A stretch of 39,214 bases of DNA, taken from the sequence record SRR20825006_369; one strand, 5' to 3'. A program made the translations under genes and the position numbers. Shown here piece by piece: positions 16,852 to 25,208 of the stretch; the stretch's first letter is position 1; the number at the start of each line of letters is the position of its first letter. Below the pieces are notes generated by a model. That model saw only the letters and a program-made list of their open reading frames with translations. It was not told the origin of the DNA and did not search any database.

Positions 16852-18717
16852 ATGGATGTCATGACCTTACTCACGGTCGACGCTTTCACTATGCTCATGC
16901 TAGGAGTGTCGGCAGGCTTGCTCATTGGGGTCATCCCGGGACTGGGAGGCGTGTTTGGCCTGTCGATCCTCGTCCCTCTGACCTTTGGCATGGGACCGGA
17001 AAGCGCGATCAGCCTTTTGATGGGACTGGCCGCTGCCGTCACGATCTCCGATACGATTCCAGCAATTCTTATTGGGGTTCCCGGCTCGGCAGGGGCCAGC
17101 CCTACGGCCTTGGACGGTCATGCTCTTGCCAAGCAAGGTCAAGCGGGCAGAGCATTCATTGCCGCCTATACATCAGCTTTTTTCGGAGGAATATTCGGTG
17201 CGTTGGTTCTTCTGGCCGCGATCCCGTTTATGACCGTAGCGGCAAGTTGGCTCAAAATCCCCGATTATTTTGCTGTCGCCATGCTGGGTCTCTCCTGTGT
17301 GGTCATTCTGAACGGAATGAAACCAAGAGAAGGGCTTGCTTCTGCCCTCATGGGGGTGACCTTTTCGTTTGTTGGTTTAGACAGTTTCACCGGGGAGGAG
17401 CGCTGGACCTTCGGCTCGTTATATCTGTGGGATGGATTGCCCATTTCCATTGTATTGCTCAGCATGTTTGCTCTGCCGGAGATAGGCCCGCTTCTGGTTC
17501 GCGGGCGCATCTCGGCACGTGATGTTGGCTTTCGGAAAGAGGACATCATCTTGGGCATGCGTGATGTTTGGCGTGAAAAGGGACTTGTGGTGAAGTCGAG
17601 CGCGCTGGCCTGCATCGTAGGTATGATCCCAGGGATCGGCCTGTCGGTGATTTCCTGGCTTGTCTACGGGATTGCCTCCCGTCATCGGGGAGACGGTCCG
17701 GATTTTGGCCAGGGCAACATAAGAGGGGTGATCGCGCCCGAAAGTGCGGCCAATGCCACGGAGGGGGGGACCTTGATCCCGACTTTGGCGTTGGGCTTGC
17801 CCGGCAGCGCTTCTATGACACTGATCCTGAGTGCCTTAATTATTCAAGGCATCGAGCCGGGCCCAGTTTTGATCGCCCAGCACAGAGAACTTGTCGTAGC
17901 AATCGTAATTGCGCTTTTACTGGCAAATACGATTGGATCAGTGATGAGCTTGGCCTTGACGCCGCTGCTTGTCCGCATCGCGCTGCTGCGCGCGAATATT
18001 GTCGTGGCTATTACGGTCATGGCGGTTTCGTTATCGGTTACTTTGCCAACACCGACATTGCCAGTTGTGCTTGTACTGGTCATCTTTGGGACCCTTGGCA
18101 TCCTGATGAGGCAACAGGGCTGGTCTAGGCCTTCTTTTGTCCTCGGATTGGTGCTTGGCCCAATCCTTGAGAAAAACTTTATGCTGGCAACGCAGTTGAA
18201 TGGCTATCACTGGCTTCTACGCCCCAGCATCATCTGCGCGGTGGTCGTCTTGATCGCTGTTCTCTTTATGCGAAGGAAATACGCGCACAAACACCTTCGA
18301 GAGGCTTCGCGCCCCGAAGGGGGCCCCTTACAGTGGGCTCTCATTGCCCTTTCGTTTGCTCTGGTCGCTCTTGTCGCTGTCGGCTCATACAGTTTTAAAA
18401 TGCAGGCTGCGGTCTTTCCTATAGTGACCGCCGGGGGTCTTTTTGTTGTTACTCTGACCCTGGCTAAATCCGCCGTTTACTCCGGGACCGCACCGGTATC
18501 GCAATTGCCAAAGGCACTTCAAGCTGACGCCAAGATTCTTCTGCTTTTGTTGGCGTTCGTTGCCATAAGCGTCTTTATCGGCGCCGCGCCTGCCGTCTTC
18601 TTTTCTGTGACCATCTTCAGCAGCCCTGGCCAAAAAACGTGGTGGCACAGCTCTGCAATTGGTGCGATTTGCGCACTTTTGGTGGGAGGTTTAGAGTTCT
18701 CCTTGTATGGTTTGTAG
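16852..18717 (+). CDS. tctA: Tripartite tricarboxylate transporter permease TctA with a C-terminal TctB-like extension
   Basis: GVIPGLGG, GVPGSAG, APESAANA, LGLPGSASM and GLVLGPILE, followed by ~140 extra hydrophobic residues (621 aa total). Confidence 0.9.
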   Translation: MDVMTLLTVDAFTMLMLGVSAGLLIGVIPGLGGVFGLSILVPLTFGMGPESAISLLMGLAAAVTISDTIPAILIGVPGSAGASPTALDGHALAKQGQAGRAFIAAYTSAFFGGIFGALVLLAAIPFMTVAASWLKIPDYFAVAMLGLSCVVILNGMKPREGLASALMGVTFSFVGLDSFTGEERWTFGSLYLWDGLPISIVLLSMFALPEIGPLLVRGRISARDVGFRKEDIILGMRDVWREKGLVVKSSALACIVGMIPGIGLSVISWLVYGIASRHRGDGPDFGQGNIRGVIAPESAANATEGGTLIPTLALGLPGSASMTLILSALIIQGIEPGPVLIAQHRELVVAIVIALLLANTIGSVMSLALTPLLVRIALLRANIVVAITVMAVSLSVTLPTPTLPVVLVLVIFGTLGILMRQQGWSRPSFVLGLVLGPILEKNFMLATQLNGYHWLLRPSIICAVVVLIAVLFMRRKYAHKHLREASRPEGGPLQWALIALSFALVALVAVGSYSFKMQAAVFPIVTAGGLFVVTLTLAKSAVYSGTAPVSQLPKALQADAKILLLLLAFVAISVFIGAAPAVFFSVTIFSSPGQKTWWHSSAIGAICALLVGGLEFSLYGL

Positions 18718-19077
18718 ATGGCCTTGCGGCGCGTGAATGACAAATAATCGTTAGGTTGCATATCTTTTTCATCGGCCCACGGATGAAAGATCAGCCAGTA
18801 TATTGATAGCCTTACGGCAGGTTTCATTTTGCGACAGAGGAAGAAGACATAGCCACGCAAGCAACGATTTATATAAGTGCAGATGTGTCGAACGGGATGC
18901 TTGCCGGCACGATTTCAGGCAATAAGATTTGCCCCGGCGTTATGAATTTCGTCACACTCGAGACGGCTTTAGCCAGCGTTGATAAAAATTTCAAAAGGCT
19001 TTGAAGTCGTGTGGCTTGTCTGCTTTGCGGCGGTGCCGACAGAGTGTGGCTCTATCGGTGGGACCGCGTTCTTTGAT

Positions 19078-19296
19078 TCAGACATGGTAGCCCCGGTCGA
19101 CTAGCGAGAGCGCCTCGGCGAACGGTTCTGTCCTGAAATTTCGCGGGCGGAGCACCAGACAACGGACGGGAAACGGACCTTCGTCGCGATCTGCACCAGA
19201 TTTCCCAAGGCAAGCCGTCCACGCATACAATCCGGCACACAGTAGTCCCAACAGAATTGGCATCACGGCCAATGTGCCTTGGTATGTGCTTTCCAT
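19078..19296 (-). CDS. Possible small membrane protein
   Basis: 72-aa ORF with one N-terminal hydrophobic stretch, divergent from the 19537 gene. No clear RBS. Confidence 0.25.
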   Translation of the reverse strand: MESTYQGTLAVMPILLGLLCAGLYAWTACLGKSGADRDEGPFPVRCLVLRPRNFRTEPFAEALSLVDRGYHV

Positions 19297-19536
19297 TTAA
19301 TCTAACGGGCTATCTTGTGCCTCCAATTGGCTAGGCTTCAGACATCCAAAGCAGTGGGTATCGGGGGGCATACTTCTTGGTAAGCTACCAAAATATCTAC
19401 TAATTTTTCCGATAGACATCAGTCCAACTGTCGTGTCTCCCAAGGTCCCCATACATTGATGTCGAGGCAATCAGCACACTCATAGCAACGGGGTAATTGA
19501 TGGTCTCGTTTGGAAACCCAATAGGAGGAAATAAAA

Positions 19537-19929
19537 ATGAAACTCTTTCTTATTCTCGCTTCAACAGCAGCTTTGGCCGTAGGGGCCGCTTCGGCCGATA
19601 CCGTTCTGGGGACGGGGTCTTGGTCCGGTTCCGAAAGCGGCGCAGCCGTTTCGGGCTCCTCTGGTGCAGGTACATTCGGTGGCATCGCAGCAGCCTCCAA
19701 CAGTTCCTCGATGGGCCTGTCCTCGACCGGTCAAGCGGTTGGCTATACCGGACTGGGCTTTGGGAGCGCAGGGTCGGGTTCGGCTTCTAGCACCACGGCA
19801 GTTGGCTCCGTGAACAACACGTCCACCAGCGGTTCGATCGGGTTCGGTGGCGCGAACGCATCTGGCGGCTACACGGGCTCCAATGGCAGCTCCAGCGGTG
19901 CCTTTGGCGGATTTGGCACCATGTTCTGA
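19537..19929 (+). CDS. Secreted Gly/Ser-rich low-complexity protein
   Basis: RBS AGGAGG and signal ASA-D. Mature part is nearly uncharged and contains STTAVGSVNN. Confidence 0.82.
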   Translation: MKLFLILASTAALAVGAASADTVLGTGSWSGSESGAAVSGSSGAGTFGGIAAASNSSSMGLSSTGQAVGYTGLGFGSAGSGSASSTTAVGSVNNTSTSGSIGFGGANASGGYTGSNGSSSGAFGGFGTMF

Positions 19930-19943
19930 TACTTGGTGTCAAA

Positions 19944-20005
19944 GCCTGACCGCTCACTGCGGTTTCAGGCGGCCGAAGTGGATATCCGAACGTTCCGCTT
20001 CGGCC
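19944..20005 (+). other. Two tandem intergenic hairpins
   Basis: GCCTGACCGC/GCGG-tt-TCAGGC and GGCCGAAGTGGA/TCCGCTTCGGCC. Confidence 0.55.
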
Positions 20006-20043
20006 TCATATTAAACCCTCTGCGTTCGGAGAGGAGAAATCTC

Positions 20044-20760
20044 ATGTCTTATGCAAAGAAGGAAACATCCATCGAAACATTGGCAAAGGTCGCCATAATT
20101 TCCATGTCAGTGCTGTGGGCAACCTCTGCAGCCAGCCAGTCCAGCACAAGCTCGTCGACGTCAAGTTCGTCGAGTTCAGCGCAGGTGGACAGCAATGCGT
20201 CAGCAACCGTAACAAGCGGCAACTCCAATGCCCAGATTTATCTGGATCAAAGTACACCGGGCACGATCAGCACCCAAAACGCCTACAGCGGGTCGTATAC
20301 GGTGCGCTCCGCACCAGCTGTGCAACCCCCCTCAATGGGGTCGGGTCATCCCTGCGCCTTATCCAACAGCATCGGAATATCCCTCATCGGTGGCGGAGCC
20401 GCGGGTGGGTTAAGTCGTGTCGACGAAGCCTGCCTCTTGGCCCAGATGGGACAGGGTCAGGCCGCTTTGATTATGATTGCACGCCGAGACTCCGAAGCCT
20501 GTTTTGCACTCCGACAGGTTGGGACCATTCCAGCCGGCAGTGTGTGTTCCGCGTCTGACCGCCGTTCCACGGTTCAAGCACGGCGCACGACGGTTTCCAC
20601 AATGAATCAGCAGGCGACAACACGCACGACCCCGGCACCGATCTCGCGCTATGTGTCATGTTCAAAACGCTCGGATGGTAAAATTCTCGCCCGAAAACAA
20701 ATGGGCGCTCCCTACACGAACGAACAGGTGGCTGCATACTGCCGCAGTCAGATAAACTGA
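20044..20760 (+). CDS. Secreted Ser-rich protein with six cysteines
   Basis: RBS GAGGAG and signal peptide, poly-Ser N-terminus, then APAVQPPSM...C...SIGIS..GGG...DEAC. Confidence 0.8.
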   Translation: MSYAKKETSIETLAKVAIISMSVLWATSAASQSSTSSSTSSSSSSAQVDSNASATVTSGNSNAQIYLDQSTPGTISTQNAYSGSYTVRSAPAVQPPSMGSGHPCALSNSIGISLIGGGAAGGLSRVDEACLLAQMGQGQAALIMIARRDSEACFALRQVGTIPAGSVCSASDRRSTVQARRTTVSTMNQQATTRTTPAPISRYVSCSKRSDGKILARKQMGAPYTNEQVAAYCRSQIN

Positions 20761-21036
20761 ATTTGCGGCATATGCGACTTTGAAATCTGGCCCTGCCTCG
20801 ACCAACTCGCGGCAGGGCACCCGCTTTGGTTCAAAATACTTCCGCAAACATTCATGACATTCATTCGGGTCGGTCGTGGGATGCGTTAAGATGTTCCGCA
20901 GACACGCCTTTCCCACTGTTTTTTGCGAAGCGCAGCACCGTTGCAACGGCGCAGATGTCTGGCCGATAGCGAATATCAGGCCACAGGTGTGACGGATTAA
21001 ATCCCTTGTGGGTCTCTTAGGATGACCGTCCGAACA

Positions 21037-22032
21037 TCAGGTCTCGACATCACGGAAATCCACCGCATGAGCGAGAAAATACCGCGTGTAATCGTCGCGT
21101 ACAGCCTCGGCGAGACGTTCGAAATAGCTGGCAAATGTTGGCACCATCATGAGATGGCGCGGCATAGCCAACACCATCTTCTGTGCAACGCAGCCTGTAT
21201 CATAGAAGGCCACATCCTTATGAAGGCGGTCTGGCAGATTGCTGTGTAACGTCATGGACAGATGACACGTTCCAAGATTCGCGGCGACGATTTCGATCGC
21301 GCCCACATGCAGATCACTGGTAAAATAGGGCGCAGCTGATGCCAATCGCGATTTGTACCATGCATTGCTTTTTGCAGACCATTCATGTGGCGCTCTGACG
21401 GCGACGCGTTTCTTTAGGGCTTGCGGCAAGGGCGCAGAGATGCTGTTTGAGTTGATAATGTCGATGGCAAGTTTCGGGTCCACACTTTTCGGTACGGCCC
21501 ACAAAATACGGTCTTCATAGAGCGTTTCGTATTTGAGGGATGTTGTTTCTCTCAAACCTTCCGTCATCACCATAAGCCCAATGCTGGCTTTTCGAATCGC
21601 GAGATATTCGAGAAGGGTGGTGCTGGAGTCAGCGAGTTCTATCGAAAACTCCGATATCCTCGGATCAGCATGTGCTTGGGCCGCAGCCAATCCCCATATG
21701 CGCCCGGCGTGCGATGGGATGGTTGCGAAGCTTATTTTGCATTGTTTCTGTCCAAACTGTTCACAATGACGACCTCTGCCCTCTTCGAGATCGGACAAAA
21801 CAGTGCGGGCAGTGCTTGCCCAGAGTTCGCCAGCCCCTGTCAGAACCTCTGATCTCTGGCGATCTCGATGCACCAACTGTGTCCCAAGGTCGTCTTCCAG
21901 TTTTGCAAGCTGGGCCGAAACTGTCGGTTGCGACAACCCCAGAAGCTTTGCGGCTTTGCGTATTGATCCAGAGACCGCAATTGCATTCATGACCTCCAGT
22001 TGACGTATGGTGATTGCGTTTGAATAGTTCAT
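21037..22032 (-). CDS. LysR-family transcriptional regulator
   Basis: IRQLEV...GSIRKAAKLLGLSQPTVSAQLAKLEDDLG HTH. The ATG is preceded by a G9 tract. Confidence 0.9.
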   Translation of the reverse strand: MNYSNAITIRQLEVMNAIAVSGSIRKAAKLLGLSQPTVSAQLAKLEDDLGTQLVHRDRQRSEVLTGAGELWASTARTVLSDLEEGRGRHCEQFGQKQCKISFATIPSHAGRIWGLAAAQAHADPRISEFSIELADSSTTLLEYLAIRKASIGLMVMTEGLRETTSLKYETLYEDRILWAVPKSVDPKLAIDIINSNSISAPLPQALKKRVAVRAPHEWSAKSNAWYKSRLASAAPYFTSDLHVGAIEIVAANLGTCHLSMTLHSNLPDRLHKDVAFYDTGCVAQKMVLAMPRHLMMVPTFASYFERLAEAVRDDYTRYFLAHAVDFRDVET

Positions 22033-22041
22033 CCCCCCCCC
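22033..22041 (-). repeat. G9 homopolymer abutting the LysR start codon
   Basis: Nine consecutive C on the plus strand. Confidence 0.8.
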
Positions 22042-22342
22042 GATTTCCAGCGACACCTTATAACGGCGACGTTTGTATTCGACTCGGCCACGGCAAGCGG
22101 CGATATAAATCGTCTTTTGCGCTTTTCGCTCATCCTGCCCCGATGCATTTTACATCCTACGAATGAAGCTTTTCTCCTGGACGCGCGTCAGTTCAGGATT
22201 TCCGTACAGTGACTAAGTGCTTTGACCAATTCCGGTCGCCATGTGACCGATATTGTCGTAGAAATTATTTAGATTTAACCTTGACGATCACAGACAATGT
22301 CATGCGAGGCGCGCCCGCCCAATCTGGCGCAGATGAGTTGCA

Positions 22343-23131
22343 TTAACCTTTTTGACTGTGAAAACAGATTGCGGCCTCAGTCCGGTTCGTAACGCCAAGC
22401 TTACCCATGATGCGGTGAAGATGTAGTTTGATCGTATGAGCCGAGACGGAAAGTTCATTGGCGATCATTTTATTGGGGTGCCCCGACGCAACCAATTTGA
22501 GGACTTCGCGTTCCCGCGGAGTCAGTTTTGCAACCCCTCGGGCGCACACAACATCGCGTAGGCCATCAGGTGAAACGTCGTTTTGATGTTCCTCGATATA
22601 GTGCTGCGATACCCCGCTTTCCCCGTTGATTGAGTGCATTGCCCTCAACGCGCAAACAGGCAGGTAATGCGCACCGCAATCAATCAGACGGATCAACTGA
22701 ACCCAAGCTGTCAGATTCAGATTCATAGGCAAAACACTTATCGCGTATTTTGATAGGCGCTCGCCCCACCGTCCCACCACATCTGTGGCACTCACATCAT
22801 TGCGCACTGCAATGGCCAGTCTAATCCCTGGTGTCTGACGGCCTTGACGGTCCAGAAACGCCATGAGTTTCTCCGCATGACGTTCATCTACGATCAAAAG
22901 GCGTGTCATTTGCTGTTTGGGCTGAACAGGATGTGCAAAGACCAGATCCCAAGTCTCTATATCAGGAAAGCGAGACGCCCGAACTTCCTCAAACTCCGTT
23001 TCAATTGTCCTGAGGACAACCTCTGAAAATAACCTTTGCGACCCTATGAATGTGAATAAATCTTTTTGGCACATGTTTGACTGCACAACGACTTGCGCGA
23101 CGTCCTGATCAGCTCCATTCGGTTCGTACAT
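22343..23131 (-). CDS. LuxR-family regulator with a degenerate receiver domain (CsgD-like architecture)
   Basis: C-terminal LTPREREVLKLVASGHPNKMIA...NRTEAA, with LLIVDE in the N-terminal domain. RBS GGAGG. Confidence 0.88.
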   Translation of the reverse strand: MYEPNGADQDVAQVVVQSNMCQKDLFTFIGSQRLFSEVVLRTIETEFEEVRASRFPDIETWDLVFAHPVQPKQQMTRLLIVDERHAEKLMAFLDRQGRQTPGIRLAIAVRNDVSATDVVGRWGERLSKYAISVLPMNLNLTAWVQLIRLIDCGAHYLPVCALRAMHSINGESGVSQHYIEEHQNDVSPDGLRDVVCARGVAKLTPREREVLKLVASGHPNKMIANELSVSAHTIKLHLHRIMGKLGVTNRTEAAICFHSQKG

Positions 23132-23237
23132 TTCAACCTCCCCTACTATTTCTCCAACTGTACAGGCGGCCGCCCCCTAAAACCAAACGCCGCATATCGC
23201 TGGACACCCATGTTAGTACACCATAGTTAGCAGAAAA

Positions 23238-23261
23238 TTGACTGTCATTAATCTATGTCAA
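23238..23261 (-). promoter_or_regulatory. TTGAC-N14-GTCAA palindrome containing a consensus -35 (TTGACA) facing the LuxR gene
   Basis: ttgac-tgtc-attaat-ctat-gtcaa. Confidence 0.4.
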
Positions 23262-23871
23262 GCAATTGAAAACCCTATCACCTGCACAAAAGAACAACTT
23301 GTTTTTGGCATTTATTCGCATCTTTAGGCGCAACGTTTCAGCCCTTTGAGTGCTTTAAAACCTGCAAGTTTCACTCAACCCAATGATCGTAAAGGCTTAT
23401 ATCGGCAATTTATGAGGCCGCGTTCAGAGCTTGAGGAGAGGCAAGGCATATTAACCAAATGGCTAAATAACATTGGTTCCTAGATCAACTTTCGACACAA
23501 ATTACTGGGGTGCTGAGCATATGGCATGGTGCAGCCACAGCATCTACTCGTCCACCGACCGAAAAGATTGTGTGCCATGCCCCAGAACAGTTTGGGAGCA
23601 TGGCACCATCCAGCCTCGATACCGCAAGCCTTTTAATGTGTCTGAGCTGCCCTGTACGTTATCGGCCCAAAAGGTGCATTCATGCCGAGATGTACCACAG
23701 TACATCGACGTCGGGGAGGGGCGTCGGGGATAGTCGCGTGCTCCTTAGACGCGCATGCAATCCATGCATAATTCCCTGATAATTCCGCATTCGGAAGGTG
23801 AAGGTCTTTTGGGAGAGCACCTTTTGTGATCTGGACGACCCAAATGGAGTGAAACGGATGAGCAGACAAAC

Positions 23872-25056
23872 TCACACCAGAGACATGCGGCTTTCCGATG
23901 ACTCACGTCCAATGCTGACATTGCGGTAGCGACACATGCCGGTCTGGCGCTGAAACACCGACACGCCCAGCAGCCAAACCCGCACGGCCCGCTTGGCCGG
24001 GCCGCCAATATGGGCATGATAATCCGCCGTCACATCGCGGCTTTCACTCTGCCATTCGCCCAAATCGGCAAGGCCGCTGCGTTGCACCAGATGTGTTTCA
24101 ATCGCATCCCACCCCGGCAAGGGACAGCGAAACACATGACCGACAGGCAGTTGCGCGCTCCACAGATAGGTCAAATCCTGACCATCATCAAACTCGACCC
24201 CGATAGACAGGTAATCATGGGTCGTCATCTGATCTTCGGCCAAACGCGAGGGCAGTTCGTCCACCAGCCAATCCCAATCGAGCTTTAGCCCCTCCACCAG
24301 ATCCATGTTCACATCGCGTTGCAAAATGGAAACGGTCTTGTGGGTGTGGCAGGCCATTTCGTCACCGTCCTGACGGAACACCCCCGCTTCTCCAAAATGG
24401 AAATGATTGTGCCAATTGGCCGGGGTCACATCCGGGAATTCGGCGCGCTGAAGTGCGTGTTGCACAGTGCCATCCACGTCGCCTTGGGCCATCAGCCGTC
24501 GCAGCCCCGCAACCGGATCGGTTTTCCATGCAATCGCAATGCCCTCGACCCGACCATCGGCGGCGGAATAGGCCTCAAGTGGGATCGCAAGCGCGCCAGT
24601 GGCATCGGCAAGTTCACCCGCTGAGCGGGCGATTTCCAATGGCCCGTCCTGATCGGCAATCATCGTGCCGACATTTTCCATCGGGTTGAACAGCGCGCCC
24701 CCTGGGCTGCGCGCGAAAAAGACAAATCCCGGTTCCAGCCACAGATCAAGATCACGCGCCAGATACCATCGCCCACTCAGTAAGAATGTCACCGCCTGTC
24801 CGGCGCGCACATCCATGAGTTTGGTGTCCCATGGCGCGGTCGTCCCGGTCAGGACAAAGGGCATGGCCTCGGCAATGGCCTCGCCACCTGCGGCCTCGAC
24901 CAGCGCCAGCATCCGCCGCGCAAAATCGCCGTCGCTGTAACGGTCCGCCCATGCCGATGCGCTCAGGCCACCGGTACCCGCGACAAAAGTTGACGCTCCA
25001 AGACCACGCAATATGGCGCGGCGCGAAAGGTCCAATCCATGACAAGCACAAGGCAT
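23872..25056 (-). CDS. Tat-exported DUF3047-family protein
   Basis: SRRAIL twin-arginine signal. LDWDWLVDELP, DLTYLWS and WQSESRDVTADY match the DUF3047 pattern. RBS AGGAG. Confidence 0.8.
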   Translation of the reverse strand: MPCACHGLDLSRRAILRGLGASTFVAGTGGLSASAWADRYSDGDFARRMLALVEAAGGEAIAEAMPFVLTGTTAPWDTKLMDVRAGQAVTFLLSGRWYLARDLDLWLEPGFVFFARSPGGALFNPMENVGTMIADQDGPLEIARSAGELADATGALAIPLEAYSAADGRVEGIAIAWKTDPVAGLRRLMAQGDVDGTVQHALQRAEFPDVTPANWHNHFHFGEAGVFRQDGDEMACHTHKTVSILQRDVNMDLVEGLKLDWDWLVDELPSRLAEDQMTTHDYLSIGVEFDDGQDLTYLWSAQLPVGHVFRCPLPGWDAIETHLVQRSGLADLGEWQSESRDVTADYHAHIGGPAKRAVRVWLLGVSVFQRQTGMCRYRNVSIGRESSESRMSLV

Positions 25057-25124
25057 TTCTCACTCCTCCTTTGGGGTTTGTCGGTCCCTGCTATCGCCCC
25101 GAAACCGAGGGCGGGTCATGCGCG

Positions 25125-25142
25125 TGTAAGAACTCTGTAAGA
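25125..25142 (-). promoter_or_regulatory. OmpR-type direct repeat TCTTACA-N4-TCTTACA upstream of the DUF3047 gene
   Basis: Plus strand tgtaaga-actc-tgtaaga, 11-bp period. Confidence 0.65.
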
Positions 25143-25208
25143 TCGGACCCGGTGACCAAGACCAACGTCCAGCTTCTTTCATTTTGGGGCACGGTTAGAT
25201 TTCTGAGC

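Noticed and set aside
19537-19929. Microcin B17-like or graspetide RiPP precursor
   Set aside because: Has a classical Sec signal, no YcaO in the window, and almost no acidic residues for ATP-grasp crosslinks.
23473-23875. Several short overlapping ORFs
   Set aside because: No RBS, motif or compositional support.
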